From Parachlamydiales bacterium (GTDB lineage Bacteria > Chlamydiota > Chlamydiia > Chlamydiales > Parachlamydiaceae), in the NCBI GenBank assembly GCA_020051075.1, contig JAGVJP010000011.1, positions 1-64,000 on the forward strand: DNA of 64,000 nt, given 5' to 3'. Under the pieces are notes generated by a model. That model was not told the DNA's origin, ran no database searches, and saw only the letters and a program-made list of their open reading frames with translations. Within the stretch, counting starts at the first letter, position 1, and each line of letters begins with the position of its first letter. Positions 41,811 through 51,419 of this stretch are shown one piece after another. The position numbers and the translations under genes are program-made.

Positions 41811-42698
41811 TCACAAACCTAGCTGTTGCTGCGCTAAAAGAAAATCGTCTGGCACTGGTGCGGTGATATCGACCTCTTTCCCTGAAACAGGATGAGAAAA
41901 TCTTATCTCCTCCGCATGCAGGAGAATCCTCGGCGGACGATAGAGGCACCGAAACTGTTTCCCATATTGATAGTCGCCCAAAATCGGATGCCCGATGCCG
42001 GCTAAATGAACCCTTATCTGGTGCGTGCGCCCCGTTTTGGGAAAACAGGAGAGCAGCGTCGCATCCCGTCCGCTATTCACCCGCTGCCATGCTGTTGAAG
42101 CAAATAACCCCTGAGAGACTTCGCCCCAGATCGTCTGCCCAGCATAGGTCCCTTTCTTGCCTAGATCATTCTCAATGATCCCTTTGGGTTCCCTAACCAC
42201 GCCGTCGACTAAGGCTAGATATTTCTTCTCAATGTGATGCTGTCTAAACTGCCCAATCAAGCACTCTAAACAATTTCTATCTTTTGCCAATATCAATGCT
42301 CCTGTAGTCTCCTGATCAAGCCGATGGACGAGAAATAAAGATTTTGTATAAGCCTTGAGTAGTTTAATGACTCCTGCCTCATCACAATTTATTCCTGCCG
42401 GTTTATTATAAACAAGAACCGACTCATCTTCAAACAAAATCCGATCACGCTGGAACTGTTGGGTCGTTCGCACAGGAAGCTGTTCTAAGCGAAGAGTCAC
42501 ATGGTCCCCTTCCCCGACTAAGGCTCCTGCAAAACGTTCAACTCTTTTGTTAATCTGACAGAAATTTTTTTCAATCATCCTTTTTAGGGAACGGGCAGAA
42601 TATCCTCCCTCAAGATGGGAACTCAAAAAAGCGACGAGCTTCATCCCTGACTCTTCCCGAGCGACGGACCATTCTTTCATTAATTTGTCATCTTTCAC
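41811..42698 (-). CDS. RluA-family pseudouridine synthase
   Basis: NKPAG, VHRLDQETTG, TGRTHQIRVHL, HPILGD. Confidence 0.92.
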   Translation of the reverse strand: MKDDKLMKEWSVAREESGMKLVAFLSSHLEGGYSARSLKRMIEKNFCQINKRVERFAGALVGEGDHVTLRLEQLPVRTTQQFQRDRILFEDESVLVYNKPAGINCDEAGVIKLLKAYTKSLFLVHRLDQETTGALILAKDRNCLECLIGQFRQHHIEKKYLALVDGVVREPKGIIENDLGKKGTYAGQTIWGEVSQGLFASTAWQRVNSGRDATLLSCFPKTGRTHQIRVHLAGIGHPILGDYQYGKQFRCLYRPPRILLHAEEIRFSHPVSGKEVDITAPVPDDFLLAQQQLGL

Positions 42699-42711
42699 AA
42701 CTTCTCCCCTG

Positions 42712-43003
42712 AGACAGGATAGGTAAAAGGGACTAGACCAGATAGGCGAGATCGGTAGTTAAGAGTGCTACTAGACAAAACAATATAACAGGATAGGCAG
42801 GATCGCTTCGCGGCAGGATAAGCAGGATAGTGGAAGATAAAATAAAAGGAGTGGCTTTTTTTACTTTTATCTTAATTTTTTCTAAATTCTTTATCTTATT
42901 TATCCTCTTTATCCTGCCGCGAAGCGATCCTGCCTATCCTGTTATATTGTTGTGGCAAGTTGCACTTTTGCTTATCTTGTATCGATCCTGCCTATCCTGT
43001 TTT
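42712..43003. repeat. Family A element
   Basis: Perfect 42-bp arms 42780-42821 / 42909-42950 with degenerate outer arms. Confidence 0.93.
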
Positions 43004-43029
43004 ACTGCTCTTGGTGCCTCTTGTGCTTC

Positions 43030-44064
43030 CTAGCGTGTAAACTGGCTTAAAAAGCGGAGATCGTTTTCGGTGAACATCCGGATATCTTGAATTCCTCTCA
43101 GCAAAATGACTAGCCTTTCTAATCCCATCCCCCAAGCAAAACCGGAATATTTTTCAGGATCGATCCCACCATTGCGCAAAACTTCAGGATGAATCATCCC
43201 TGCTCCTGCAATTTCTAGCCATCCAGTGTGTTTGCAGAGTTGGCAGCCAGATCCTTGGCAATTTAAACAGCTGACATCGACTTCTAAACCAGGCTCAACG
43301 AAAGGAAAATAGCTTGGACGATAACGCGTGGTCACTTCTCTTTTAAATAGTTTGGCCAAAAAAAGGTCCAATGTCGCAAACAAATCCGAAAACGAAACAT
43401 TGTCGTCAATATAGACAGCTTCGACTTGATGAAAAAAAACGTGGGAACGAGCTGTGATCTCCTCATTCCTGTAGACTTTACCTGTGGCAATGATCCGTAT
43501 AGGAGGTTTATTGACCTCCATGACCCTTGCCTGAATATTTGATGTATGCGTGCGCAATAACACATGAGGTGTGATATAGAACGTGTCTTGCATATCGCGG
43601 GCTGGATGGTTTGGGGGAAAATTTAATGCCTCGAAATTATAATAATCTGTGTCAACTTCGGGGCCATCCTGAACAGAAAAACCCATGCCCGTTAAAATTG
43701 ATACGATCTCTTCGAGCGTTTGCGTCAGAGGGTGCTTCCGTCCAACGAAAGAACGGCGCCCTGGAAGGGTCTCATCAATACATTCATTGGCCAATTGAAT
43801 TTTCTCTTCCTTGGCGATCAGTTCGCTCTCCAACTGGCAGCACCGGCTTGTCATTAACTCTTTTAAGTCGTTAATCTCTTTGCCAACAATCGGACGTTCA
43901 GCTGCGGATACATCTCTTAAATCCTTCATGAGCTGCTGAATCGGCCCTTTTTTGCCGAGATACTTCACCTTGATGTTTTCTAGATCACCTGTTGTCTTAA
44001 CAAGAGCAAGATCATCGATAAATTGTTGATACGTATCGCGAATGGATTGCACGGGTTGCCTCAT
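43030..44064 (-). CDS. pheS: Phenylalanyl-tRNA synthetase alpha subunit
   Basis: HPARDMQDTFY, LRTHTS, FHQVE, YFPFVEPG, GFAWGMGLER; start approximate. Confidence 0.97.
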   Translation of the reverse strand: MRQPVQSIRDTYQQFIDDLALVKTTGDLENIKVKYLGKKGPIQQLMKDLRDVSAAERPIVGKEINDLKELMTSRCCQLESELIAKEEKIQLANECIDETLPGRRSFVGRKHPLTQTLEEIVSILTGMGFSVQDGPEVDTDYYNFEALNFPPNHPARDMQDTFYITPHVLLRTHTSNIQARVMEVNKPPIRIIATGKVYRNEEITARSHVFFHQVEAVYIDDNVSFSDLFATLDLFLAKLFKREVTTRYRPSYFPFVEPGLEVDVSCLNCQGSGCQLCKHTGWLEIAGAGMIHPEVLRNGGIDPEKYSGFAWGMGLERLVILLRGIQDIRMFTENDLRFLSQFTR

Positions 44065-44099
44065 TCTATAAATGTGGAAGGGGAAGAAAGGGGAAGATA

Positions 44100-44132
44100 T
44101 GGTGCCTAATCCATCAATCGGATTAGGCACCA
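44100..44132 (-). terminator. Stem-loop between rplT and pheS
   Basis: TGGTGCCTAATCC-7 nt-GGATTAGGCACCA, followed by a pyrimidine tract on the minus strand. Confidence 0.6.
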
Positions 44133-44158
44133 AGAAATTTTAGTCTTGCCCCTTTGAA

Positions 44159-44515
44159 TTAAGCAAGAGCTGCTTTAGCACATCCAACGACAGCTGCAAA
44201 ACCTGCAGGGTCATGAATAGCCATATCAGCTAAAACTTTGCGATTAAGTTCGCATCGCGCTTTTTTTAATCCATATATAAACTTACTATAGGATATTCCA
44301 TTAATCCTAGCAGCGGCATTCAAACGCATAATCCACAGACTGCGGAAATCCCGTTTCTTTTGCTTGCGGTGAGCATAATTATATGCTAACGCACGCATCA
44401 CTGCGCCGCTTGTTAAACGCAAGTGGTTTTTTCTATCGCCGACAAAACCCTTGGCTAATTTATAAAGTCTTTTTTTGCGTCGATGTGAAGCCACTGCATT
44501 GGTTACTCTAACCAT
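44159..44515 (-). CDS. rplT: 50S ribosomal protein L20
   Basis: MVRVTNAVAS, KKRDFRSLWIMRLNAAAR, LNRKVLADMA. Confidence 0.98.
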   Translation of the reverse strand: MVRVTNAVASHRRKKRLYKLAKGFVGDRKNHLRLTSGAVMRALAYNYAHRKQKKRDFRSLWIMRLNAAARINGISYSKFIYGLKKARCELNRKVLADMAIHDPAGFAAVVGCAKAALA

Positions 44516-44727
44516 AGCGATCCTCACTAAATTGTTAATAATTGGGCGTCAAAAGACGCCGTTCTTCCAGCTACTCTCACTAATCAATTGACACCCAGGG
44601 ATCCGCTGCCCTTTACTGGGGCTGTTTCTCCTTGAGCTACACTTATTCACCTCATTCAGAGGTGTTAGCTCATTTTCTTAGCAGGAATAGCTGCCTTTTT
44701 CTTGGCCATCGTGCCAAGAAATAAATT

Positions 44728-44922
44728 TTATAAACACATAAGACGTTTATACGTCTTAAAATGACCGTCATCTAAAAGATCTGGACGGCGCAATTGTCTT
44801 TTGCGCTTTGCCGTCTTATGAGTTAACAGGTGCCGCTTTCCTGGCCGGCTGGCTTTAAGCTTGCCTGTTGCAGTCTCACGAAACCTGCAAGCGACAGCTT
44901 TACGAGTTTTCATTTTAGGCAC
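44728..44922 (-). CDS. rpmI: 50S ribosomal protein L35
   Basis: MPKMKT..TATGK..HLLTHK..KRKRQLR; GTG start. Confidence 0.97.
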   Translation of the reverse strand: MPKMKTRKAVACRFRETATGKLKASRPGKRHLLTHKTAKRKRQLRRPDLLDDGHFKTYKRLMCL

Positions 44923-45045
44923 GTTCGTTTCTCCTCAATTACACTGACTCTTATATCAGTCGTTTCCGCTCATTCTTTTAACCCATTGCTGGGCTACCAC
45001 TTCTCACCCATTCGGGCGTTTTTAGCAGAAACTTCTGCTTCTTAA

Positions 45046-45606
45046 TTACGACTGAGTGGATTCTTCACCTGCTCCGCTAGGTTTAGATCCCTCTTTCTTC
45101 TTCTTAGCACCAGGCGCTAAAACGACTTGTAATGCGCGCCCCAGCATCTTTGCAGGCGCTTCAATCACGCAGACCTCTTCTAATGCCTGACACATTTCCC
45201 TTACAATTTTCTCGCCGATTTCTGGATGCATGAACTGCCGTCCTCGAAATTCGCAAGAAATTTTCACTTTGTTTCCTTCAATCAGAAACTCGCGCGCATG
45301 TCTTGTTTTTGTTTCAAGATCGTGAACATCAATCGTAGGTTTGAACTTAATTTCTTTAACCTTAATTTGATGCGAAGCTTTTTTACTTTCTTTTTCTCGT
45401 TTGCTTTGATCGTATCGGAATTTTCCGAAATTCATGACCTTACAAACAGGCGGAACCGATCCTGGAACAATTTCTACTAAATCTAGTCCTTGCTCTTCAG
45501 CCATCGCTAAAGCTTCATAAAGGGGAATGATTCCTATCTGTTCACCTTCATGGCTAATGACTCTGACTTTTGGAGCCCGTATTTCTCGATTAACCTTCAA
45601 GCTGAT
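45046..45606 (-). CDS. infC: Translation initiation factor IF-3
   Basis: NREIRAPKVRVI, LDLVEI, PPVCKVM, KEIKF, FRGR; start is in-frame ATC (45606) or TTG (45600). Confidence 0.97.
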   Translation of the reverse strand: MSLKVNREIRAPKVRVISHEGEQIGIIPLYEALAMAEEQGLDLVEIVPGSVPPVCKVMNFGKFRYDQSKREKESKKASHQIKVKEIKFKPTIDVHDLETKTRHAREFLIEGNKVKISCEFRGRQFMHPEIGEKIVREMCQALEEVCVIEAPAKMLGRALQVVLAPGAKKKKEGSKPSGAGEESTQS

Positions 45607-45619
45607 TCATCGTCTCCCA

Positions 45620-47311
45620 TTAGCTATCACTTGTACTCGTTGGAGATTGAGTTTGGCGATAGTAGGTTTCTACAAAAACTTCTAAATTCATATATTGGTT
45701 TTTTTCTTTTCGGCACATTGCCCGCAAACTTATCCCCTCTTTTATCCTTTCTTGATCACCAATAAACATCAAAAAAGGAACTCCACATCGCTCAGCTTCA
45801 TGAATTTTCACAGCTAACGGGGCCTCACTTGCATCGCAAATAGAACGAAACCCGGAACTTTGCAGTCTCTTTTGAATAGATTCTGCATAGCGATGATTAG
45901 CTTTACCAATCGCAATGACACGGACGTGTTCATCAGCTAACCATAAGGGCAGCGCTCCACAATTTTTCTCAATCAAAAGGGCTATCAATCGGCTGAAGGA
46001 GAGAACTTGGCGTGATAAAAAGACCCCGCGCTGTTTCTTTCCTTGGGAATCGACAACTTTCTGTGTCTGAGAATCATGTCGGATGATTTCAATTTTGGAT
46101 AAGGTCCAAGACCTTCCAATTTCATCTTTGACACGCAATTCAAGACACGATCCATTGCAGCCTTCCTCTTCTTCTATCTCGGAACTCAAAGGGAAATGAA
46201 GAGTAGCCTCTGCAATTCCGCTCTTAAGTAACTCCAAACCTTCTATTTCTCGTCCGGCTCTTGAAGCTTTTTTCCTTGAAGACACCAGGTGCCAACAACC
46301 CTCGAAACAAAAGATTCTAAACATTTGTTCAATGAATTGCAAGGAAGAAATCAATTCCGGAACGACTTGGTTCAATAAAGAGAAAATTGTCGTCTGATCA
46401 ACCCAGTTGACATGAGAACCTAACAGCCCCCACTCCAAAGATTCGGGACAAGATTGAAAGATAAATCCCTGTTCATTTAACCGATAAGGGAGTGCTTTTT
46501 CCTCGAGGGTCAACTGTTCGAAGAGAGAGAGATGCCCCTGCAGAAGCCAAGACTCGCAAGGGGGAGGATCATCGAGGGGTTTTGGAGAGGAAAAGAAAGG
46601 GGGGGTGACAATTTTTTCTTCCGCCCAAGGCTTATTGGTGTCAAGCCAATCAGTCAAACGGTCGACGAGAGTTCTTCCTCTCCTTCTCCAAATGTAACCA
46701 GATTCACCCTCATTTTCGCAAAAGGTAAAGAGCTCCTGGCGAGGACCGAGAAGCCGATGATCCCGTTTTTTTAATAAACCGTCATAACTCTTCAGAAAAC
46801 ATTTGAGTGCTTTCAGGTCTGGCTGGCTCACCCCCACAATTCGCACCACATCGACCATCTCCTGCCCCATAGCAATGGTGTGGGGTTGATAGGTCAGCAG
46901 TTTGATGACTCCAGACTCCCCTGTCGAAGAAAAAGGAAGTTCTGAACAGGGAAGAAAGGTCTGGTTGACTTCGATAAGATCGATAATATTGAAAGGAGAT
47001 TCACCTGCGAAGAAGGCTAAAAACGGTTCTTTCTGTTTGTCGAGAAATATCTGAGCATTCTCACGCATCATACTGCGAAAACGAAGAGGTTGATCTTCTT
47101 TAATCAGCGTGCGCAGGGCTCTGTCGATCAATTCTAAAATCGGAGTGTTCAACGGCTGTTCAAAAATGAAATCGTAGTAGAAACCGATAGAATGAAGCCC
47201 TCCCTGCACGAGCACCGCTGTCGGGAAAAGCTGACGGACAGTATATGCAAGCAGCTGGGCTGCAAGAAGATTGCTAGCAGTCGATGGATTTAATGATTGC
47301 GTTGGTGTCAT
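45620..47311 (-). CDS. Degenerate threonyl-tRNA synthetase-like protein
   Basis: GFYYDF, RDHRLLG, LPYRL, GALPLWLA and anticodon-domain motifs kept; KPMNCP and motif 2/3 residues missing. Confidence 0.85.
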   Translation of the reverse strand: MTPTQSLNPSTASNLLAAQLLAYTVRQLFPTAVLVQGGLHSIGFYYDFIFEQPLNTPILELIDRALRTLIKEDQPLRFRSMMRENAQIFLDKQKEPFLAFFAGESPFNIIDLIEVNQTFLPCSELPFSSTGESGVIKLLTYQPHTIAMGQEMVDVVRIVGVSQPDLKALKCFLKSYDGLLKKRDHRLLGPRQELFTFCENEGESGYIWRRRGRTLVDRLTDWLDTNKPWAEEKIVTPPFFSSPKPLDDPPPCESWLLQGHLSLFEQLTLEEKALPYRLNEQGFIFQSCPESLEWGLLGSHVNWVDQTTIFSLLNQVVPELISSLQFIEQMFRIFCFEGCWHLVSSRKKASRAGREIEGLELLKSGIAEATLHFPLSSEIEEEEGCNGSCLELRVKDEIGRSWTLSKIEIIRHDSQTQKVVDSQGKKQRGVFLSRQVLSFSRLIALLIEKNCGALPLWLADEHVRVIAIGKANHRYAESIQKRLQSSGFRSICDASEAPLAVKIHEAERCGVPFLMFIGDQERIKEGISLRAMCRKEKNQYMNLEVFVETYYRQTQSPTSTSDS

Positions 47312-47358
47312 GTTGGTACAATTCGTCAAAGAGAGGCAGAAGCCGTGAAAAAAAAGGA

Positions 47359-47432
47359 TGAGATATAGCTGACTCGAACAGCCGACCTCCACGATGTCAA
47401 CGTGGCGCTCTAACCAACTGAGCTAATATCTC
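47359..47432 (-). tRNA. tRNA-Val(GAC)
   Basis: Cloverleaf GAGATAT..GCTC-AGTTGGTTA-GAGC..CCACG-TTGACAT-CGTGG..GGCTG-TTCGAGT-CAGCT-ATATCTC-A; CCA not encoded. Confidence 0.96.
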
Positions 47433-47608
47433 ATCGAGAGAAAAAGGATAATAAAAGAATAGAGGATTTAAATTCAAGGGAAGTTTTGCAATTCCTTCTT
47501 TAGGTCCCTTGTCCCTTTCCTATTTGAGAGGAGGAGGATGTTTGTCTTGAAATAAACTTTATCAATCAAGTATGTTTGTAACTCTCTAGAACTTTTTTAA
47601 TTTCAATA

Positions 47609-48517
47609 ATGCTTTCACGCCTGAATAACAACACTTTCCTTCTCATTCTCTGCATCTCGTTGTCGGCATTTCTGTCTGGCGAAGAGGCATTGCTACCCGC
47701 TCAAGAACTTGAAAAAAAAGAGAGTGCCTCCCTTAAAAAGGAAGATCTTTCTGACGAAAAGAAAGATTCGGCTCCCCTTCCTTACACATTATCTGGAACT
47801 CTAACCTTCGTCTCAGATTATAGAAGCAGAGGGATTTCTCAGACAATGCGTGAACCAGCTGTACAAGGTGAATTTACATGCGTTCATCAAAGCGGCCTTT
47901 ACGTCAAGACATGGGCTTCAAATGTCGACGGCACAGGAAATTTCATCGGCAATTCGAGTATGGAATGGGATTTCTATCTTGGCTTTAAACAGAGGGTCGC
48001 CAACACAGCATTCAAGTATGATATTGGATTCGAGTACTATTGGTACCCTGGGGGAGAAGCGCGTGTTCCCAAGAGAATCAAGTATAACACAGTAGAATAC
48101 TACGTCGGCATCACATACAAGAACTTCGGGATCAAAATCACACAGACCCTCACAGATTATTTCGGATTCAATTCCGATAATCCGCCAATCAACTGGGACA
48201 AAAAAAGAACGCTCCGGCCTAACGGCCATTCTTATTTCTCCCCCTATCTAGAGGCGAATTACGCGTGGACGATCAACACAAAATGGTCAGCGAGTTGCCA
48301 TATTGCCTATCAAGGGATGACCAACTATCCTGATTTGGGTTATATTGATTGGAACGTTGTGGTTACCCGAAAATTCGATTGGTTCACTTTGTCGCTCGCT
48401 TACATACAAACAAATGCCAAGAAGGCGTTTTATAACGTCCCCGACAACGCATTCAAACCACATCGGAAATGGCTAGCCGGCCCTACAGCCGTTCTCAGCG
48501 TCTACCATACCTTTTAA
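47609..48517 (+). CDS. TorF/Gcw_chp-family putative porin
   Basis: SDYRSRGISQT..PAVQG, WASNVD, EWDFYLG, YYWYPG, terminal Phe. Confidence 0.85.
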   Translation: MLSRLNNNTFLLILCISLSAFLSGEEALLPAQELEKKESASLKKEDLSDEKKDSAPLPYTLSGTLTFVSDYRSRGISQTMREPAVQGEFTCVHQSGLYVKTWASNVDGTGNFIGNSSMEWDFYLGFKQRVANTAFKYDIGFEYYWYPGGEARVPKRIKYNTVEYYVGITYKNFGIKITQTLTDYFGFNSDNPPINWDKKRTLRPNGHSYFSPYLEANYAWTINTKWSASCHIAYQGMTNYPDLGYIDWNVVVTRKFDWFTLSLAYIQTNAKKAFYNVPDNAFKPHRKWLAGPTAVLSVYHTF

Positions 48518-48566
48518 GTGCCGCCCTGAAAGAACGGCACCAACAAGCAAATTGAGAAAAATCTCT

Positions 48567-49004
48567 CTATTGTCCGGTTTGTCTGCTGCGATAATAGTGA
48601 TAGCCTTCAAAAAGAGCGTTCGTGGCTGTATAGCCTAAAGCCCCTGCGCCAAAACAGGTAAGTTCACGCGAAAAGTCCTGAGGACGAATCCATGATTGAG
48701 GAACGATCCATGAGATCAACTTCCGAAACGCAAATCGATACGCAAGAATTCCTGGAAGCAGATAGCCAAAAAATCCTAGAGGAAGGATTCTGCATTCTTT
48801 CCATTCAATATCTTTACTTGCATAAAGAGCTACCTGCGCAATGAGAGAAAAAACAGCTCCCACAATAAAAGACACTTTAAAAGCCGTTGGATGCTGCGAA
48901 GAATAGGTCGCATAGCTCAAAATACCAGAGAGTAACGTTCCGCCAATTGCAAGGCTAAAATGTAATCCTGGATCTAAAGGTTTATCGACAGTTGGACTGG
49001 ACAT
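48567..49004 (-). CDS. Hypothetical membrane protein
   Basis: 145 aa, several hydrophobic segments, AAGGA RBS. Confidence 0.65.
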   Translation of the reverse strand: MSSPTVDKPLDPGLHFSLAIGGTLLSGILSYATYSSQHPTAFKVSFIVGAVFSLIAQVALYASKDIEWKECRILPLGFFGYLLPGILAYRFAFRKLISWIVPQSWIRPQDFSRELTCFGAGALGYTATNALFEGYHYYRSRQTGQ

Positions 49005-49085
49005 AAGTTTATCCTTTGTTATAATTCGTAATATTGATTAGTTAATGATAGGATAAACTATCTTTAAAATCAACAAAAAAAATAA

Positions 49086-49432
49086 GGAAATGGACTCGTT
49101 GGATGGATATGGACTATTTTCATAACTTTGTCAAAACACTCCCCCCCTCTGAATAACACCTATCCTGCCCCTATCTTTCCTATCCTGCTAATTTTACAGG
49201 ATGAGGAGGATAGGAAAGATAGGGCAGGATAGCAATTACGCACCATCATCCTTTTTATCCTTCCCATTCTGTCAATTTTTACAGGATAGGGAGGATAGGA
49301 AAGATAGGGCAGGATAGTTTGTTATTCAGGGGTTAGTGGCTTGACGAAGTTATGAAAATAGCCCGGAAATCGACTAGATGGACTTGATTAATCAATCTAT
49401 GTCCATCTAGTCCATTACCAATGTCCATTTCT
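49086..49432. repeat. Nested element: family A-like arms inside unique arms inside family C arms
   Basis: CTATTTTTCATAACTTTGTCAA..CTGAATAACA.CTATCCTGCCC pairs with GGGCAGGATAG..TGTTATTCAG..TTGACGAAGTTATGAAAATAG; ATGGAC/GTCCAT units outside. Confidence 0.85.
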
Positions 49433-49438
49433 ATTCTT

Positions 49439-49825
49439 TTACAGCAGACTTCCAAAAAATCCCTCATAAGTCAAGAAAAGACCTAACACTGTGACAATGC
49501 CCCATGGAATCCAATGAATTTTCATCATTCTCGGAACCATCTTTTGTACTGTTGAAGGAAATCCGATTCGCAGAATTCCTTGAAGAATTGAAATATAACC
49601 AATCAGAGTGATGATCACAGGCCATCCCCAGACCCAAACAGGATGAAGAAGAACAATGATGATACCGAAAATCAGACTTATAATCCCAGACAAACCCAAT
49701 AGAGAATCTGAAGCAACCATGTCGCCTCCCAACTTTTCAAATTGCTCCCTGCGTACCAACCAGATTGCTGCAATCAAAAGAAAGTAGATACCTAGTAACT
49801 TAGCTAGAAAAAAAGATATTATCAT
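49439..49825 (-). CDS. Small 4-TM membrane protein
   Basis: GGGAGG RBS before ATG at 49825; HPVWVWGWPVIITLIG. Confidence 0.75.
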   Translation of the reverse strand: MIISFFLAKLLGIYFLLIAAIWLVRREQFEKLGGDMVASDSLLGLSGIISLIFGIIIVLLHPVWVWGWPVIITLIGYISILQGILRIGFPSTVQKMVPRMMKIHWIPWGIVTVLGLFLTYEGFFGSLL

Positions 49826-49914
49826 AAAAACCTCCCGTGATATTCTATTTGACATCACAATCTCATTATAATAGAAAATAGAATAAGAGGACAATTATTC
49901 GAAACTATCTTTTG

Positions 49915-50343
49915 TTAATCGACATCTTCATCACTGTCAGTTACTGCTATTGCCAACCCAACTAAAGCCATTGTCGTAATTGTAATGAGAACTGAGCCCC
50001 AGATAGGGAGAGGGAGTTGGAGCTTCCTTGATACTGCAATATTCACTGCTGCAATAGATGCAAAATAACCAATTGCGCTAATCCCGAAAAAAACCGCATC
50101 TGGAAGGCGTTCTTCTGCAGAATCAGGATCTAATCCAATATCTGATATTTTTAAGATGAGTTCAGAAAACAGTCGTCCGATGATAAAAGCTGCTAAAGTA
50201 GAAGCAACTAATGCTGTCCCAGCGGCAAACCGGTATTGACATATAGCGACAAGACGGGTTCCGATGACTGCTGCCTGATCTTTAACCACACTGAGCATAT
50301 GCGACGCTGCGACTGATAAACCTTGTGCGCTTGGAATAGACAT
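49915..50343 (-). CDS. Inc-like membrane protein, tandem paralog 4
   Basis: GTRLVAICQYRFA..NIAVSRKLQLPL motif shared with neighbours. Confidence 0.75.
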   Translation of the reverse strand: MSIPSAQGLSVAASHMLSVVKDQAAVIGTRLVAICQYRFAAGTALVASTLAAFIIGRLFSELILKISDIGLDPDSAEERLPDAVFFGISAIGYFASIAAVNIAVSRKLQLPLPIWGSVLITITTMALVGLAIAVTDSDEDVD

Positions 50344-50445
50344 AACAATAAACCTCTCTTAATAAATTTAATTAAATAAAGCTAATTTTTAACACAAATA
50401 TACAAATAAATTTTTAAGATAAGGTAAAAGCATCTTAACTATTTG

Positions 50446-50868
50446 TTATTCATGATAATATGCTGTATTAAACGCTAGCAGTGCAGGAGGTGTCGCTGTC
50501 ACGACAAAAAAGAACCGACGCGAAAGCGGCAATTGAAGAGACTTAGACAACACAACGTTTATCGCTAATACCACCAGTCCAAAGGTCAGGAAAACGACGC
50601 TCCCAACACAAAATTTATGGGTCTTTAAATACTGCGATTCACCGGTGAAAATTCTATCTAAAACTTCGCACAATCGACGGGTAATAAGCGGTGCAATGAT
50701 CGCCCCAAATACACACCCAACAAATGTAGAGACAATAAAGGCGATCCCAGCTAGGAAACGGTTTTGCAAAAGGCCGACTAAACGCCCGCCCCATAACACA
50801 GCGGCCTGATAGGCATGATGAGCAGCTTGTGATGAGATAACTCGACTAACAACATCTGAAACAGCCAT
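50446..50868 (-). CDS. Inc-like membrane protein, tandem paralog 3
   Basis: GGRLVGLLQNRFL..NVVLSKSLQLPLSR. Confidence 0.75.
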   Translation of the reverse strand: MAVSDVVSRVISSQAAHHAYQAAVLWGGRLVGLLQNRFLAGIAFIVSTFVGCVFGAIIAPLITRRLCEVLDRIFTGESQYLKTHKFCVGSVVFLTFGLVVLAINVVLSKSLQLPLSRRFFFVVTATPPALLAFNTAYYHE

Positions 50869-50884
50869 AGAACATTCCTAGAAT

Positions 50885-51325
50885 TTAATCGTTTGATTGA
50901 CATGCAATACTCAAAACACCGGTACTCCAAAGTAGTCCTAATGCGATAGCTGAGAGAGTTACCAGTGAAATTGCAAAAGAAGAAGACCGCGAGAAAGGGA
51001 GTTTCAAGAATTTGGAAGTTCCAACATTCATACCGACTACCGTCAGCGCCCCACAGGAAGCGCTGATTCCTACTTCAACCAATAAAATTGAATTATTAGG
51101 AACGAACCAGTTGTGATCCGCCATTACTTGAAATGTTCCATAAGCTAATAAAGCAACAATAAATCCCAAACAAGTCCCAATAGCCGTTGAAACGACTAAC
51201 GTTGGCAGAGCAAATCTGGGGGATTGAAACAAAGTCACAAAACGGCCCAACAATGTTGCTGTCCCCTGATTGGCAGCCATGGAAGCTTTTGGAGAAAGCA
51301 ATTGAGACACAACAGAAATTGACAT
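50885..51325 (-). CDS. Inc-like membrane protein, tandem paralog 2
   Basis: LGRFVTLFQSPRFA..NVGTSKFLKLPFSR; AAGGA RBS before ATG at 51325. Confidence 0.75.
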   Translation of the reverse strand: MSISVVSQLLSPKASMAANQGTATLLGRFVTLFQSPRFALPTLVVSTAIGTCLGFIVALLAYGTFQVMADHNWFVPNNSILLVEVGISASCGALTVVGMNVGTSKFLKLPFSRSSSFAISLVTLSAIALGLLWSTGVLSIACQSND

Positions 51326-51419
51326 TGAATTTTCCTTTTTGGAATGATTAAACAATCTATTAATTTTAATAAATGACAAAGAAAAATAGTCATACCGTTT
51401 TTAGTTCTTAGAAGTTCCT

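Noticed and set aside
44600..44700. Hammerhead ribozyme in the rpmI-rplT spacer
   Set aside because: CTGAATGAG does not match the CUGANGA core and the stems do not fit the topology
47312..47392. N-terminal extension of the ThrRS-like ORF
   Set aside because: Overlaps tRNA-Val; ATG at 47311 is more plausible
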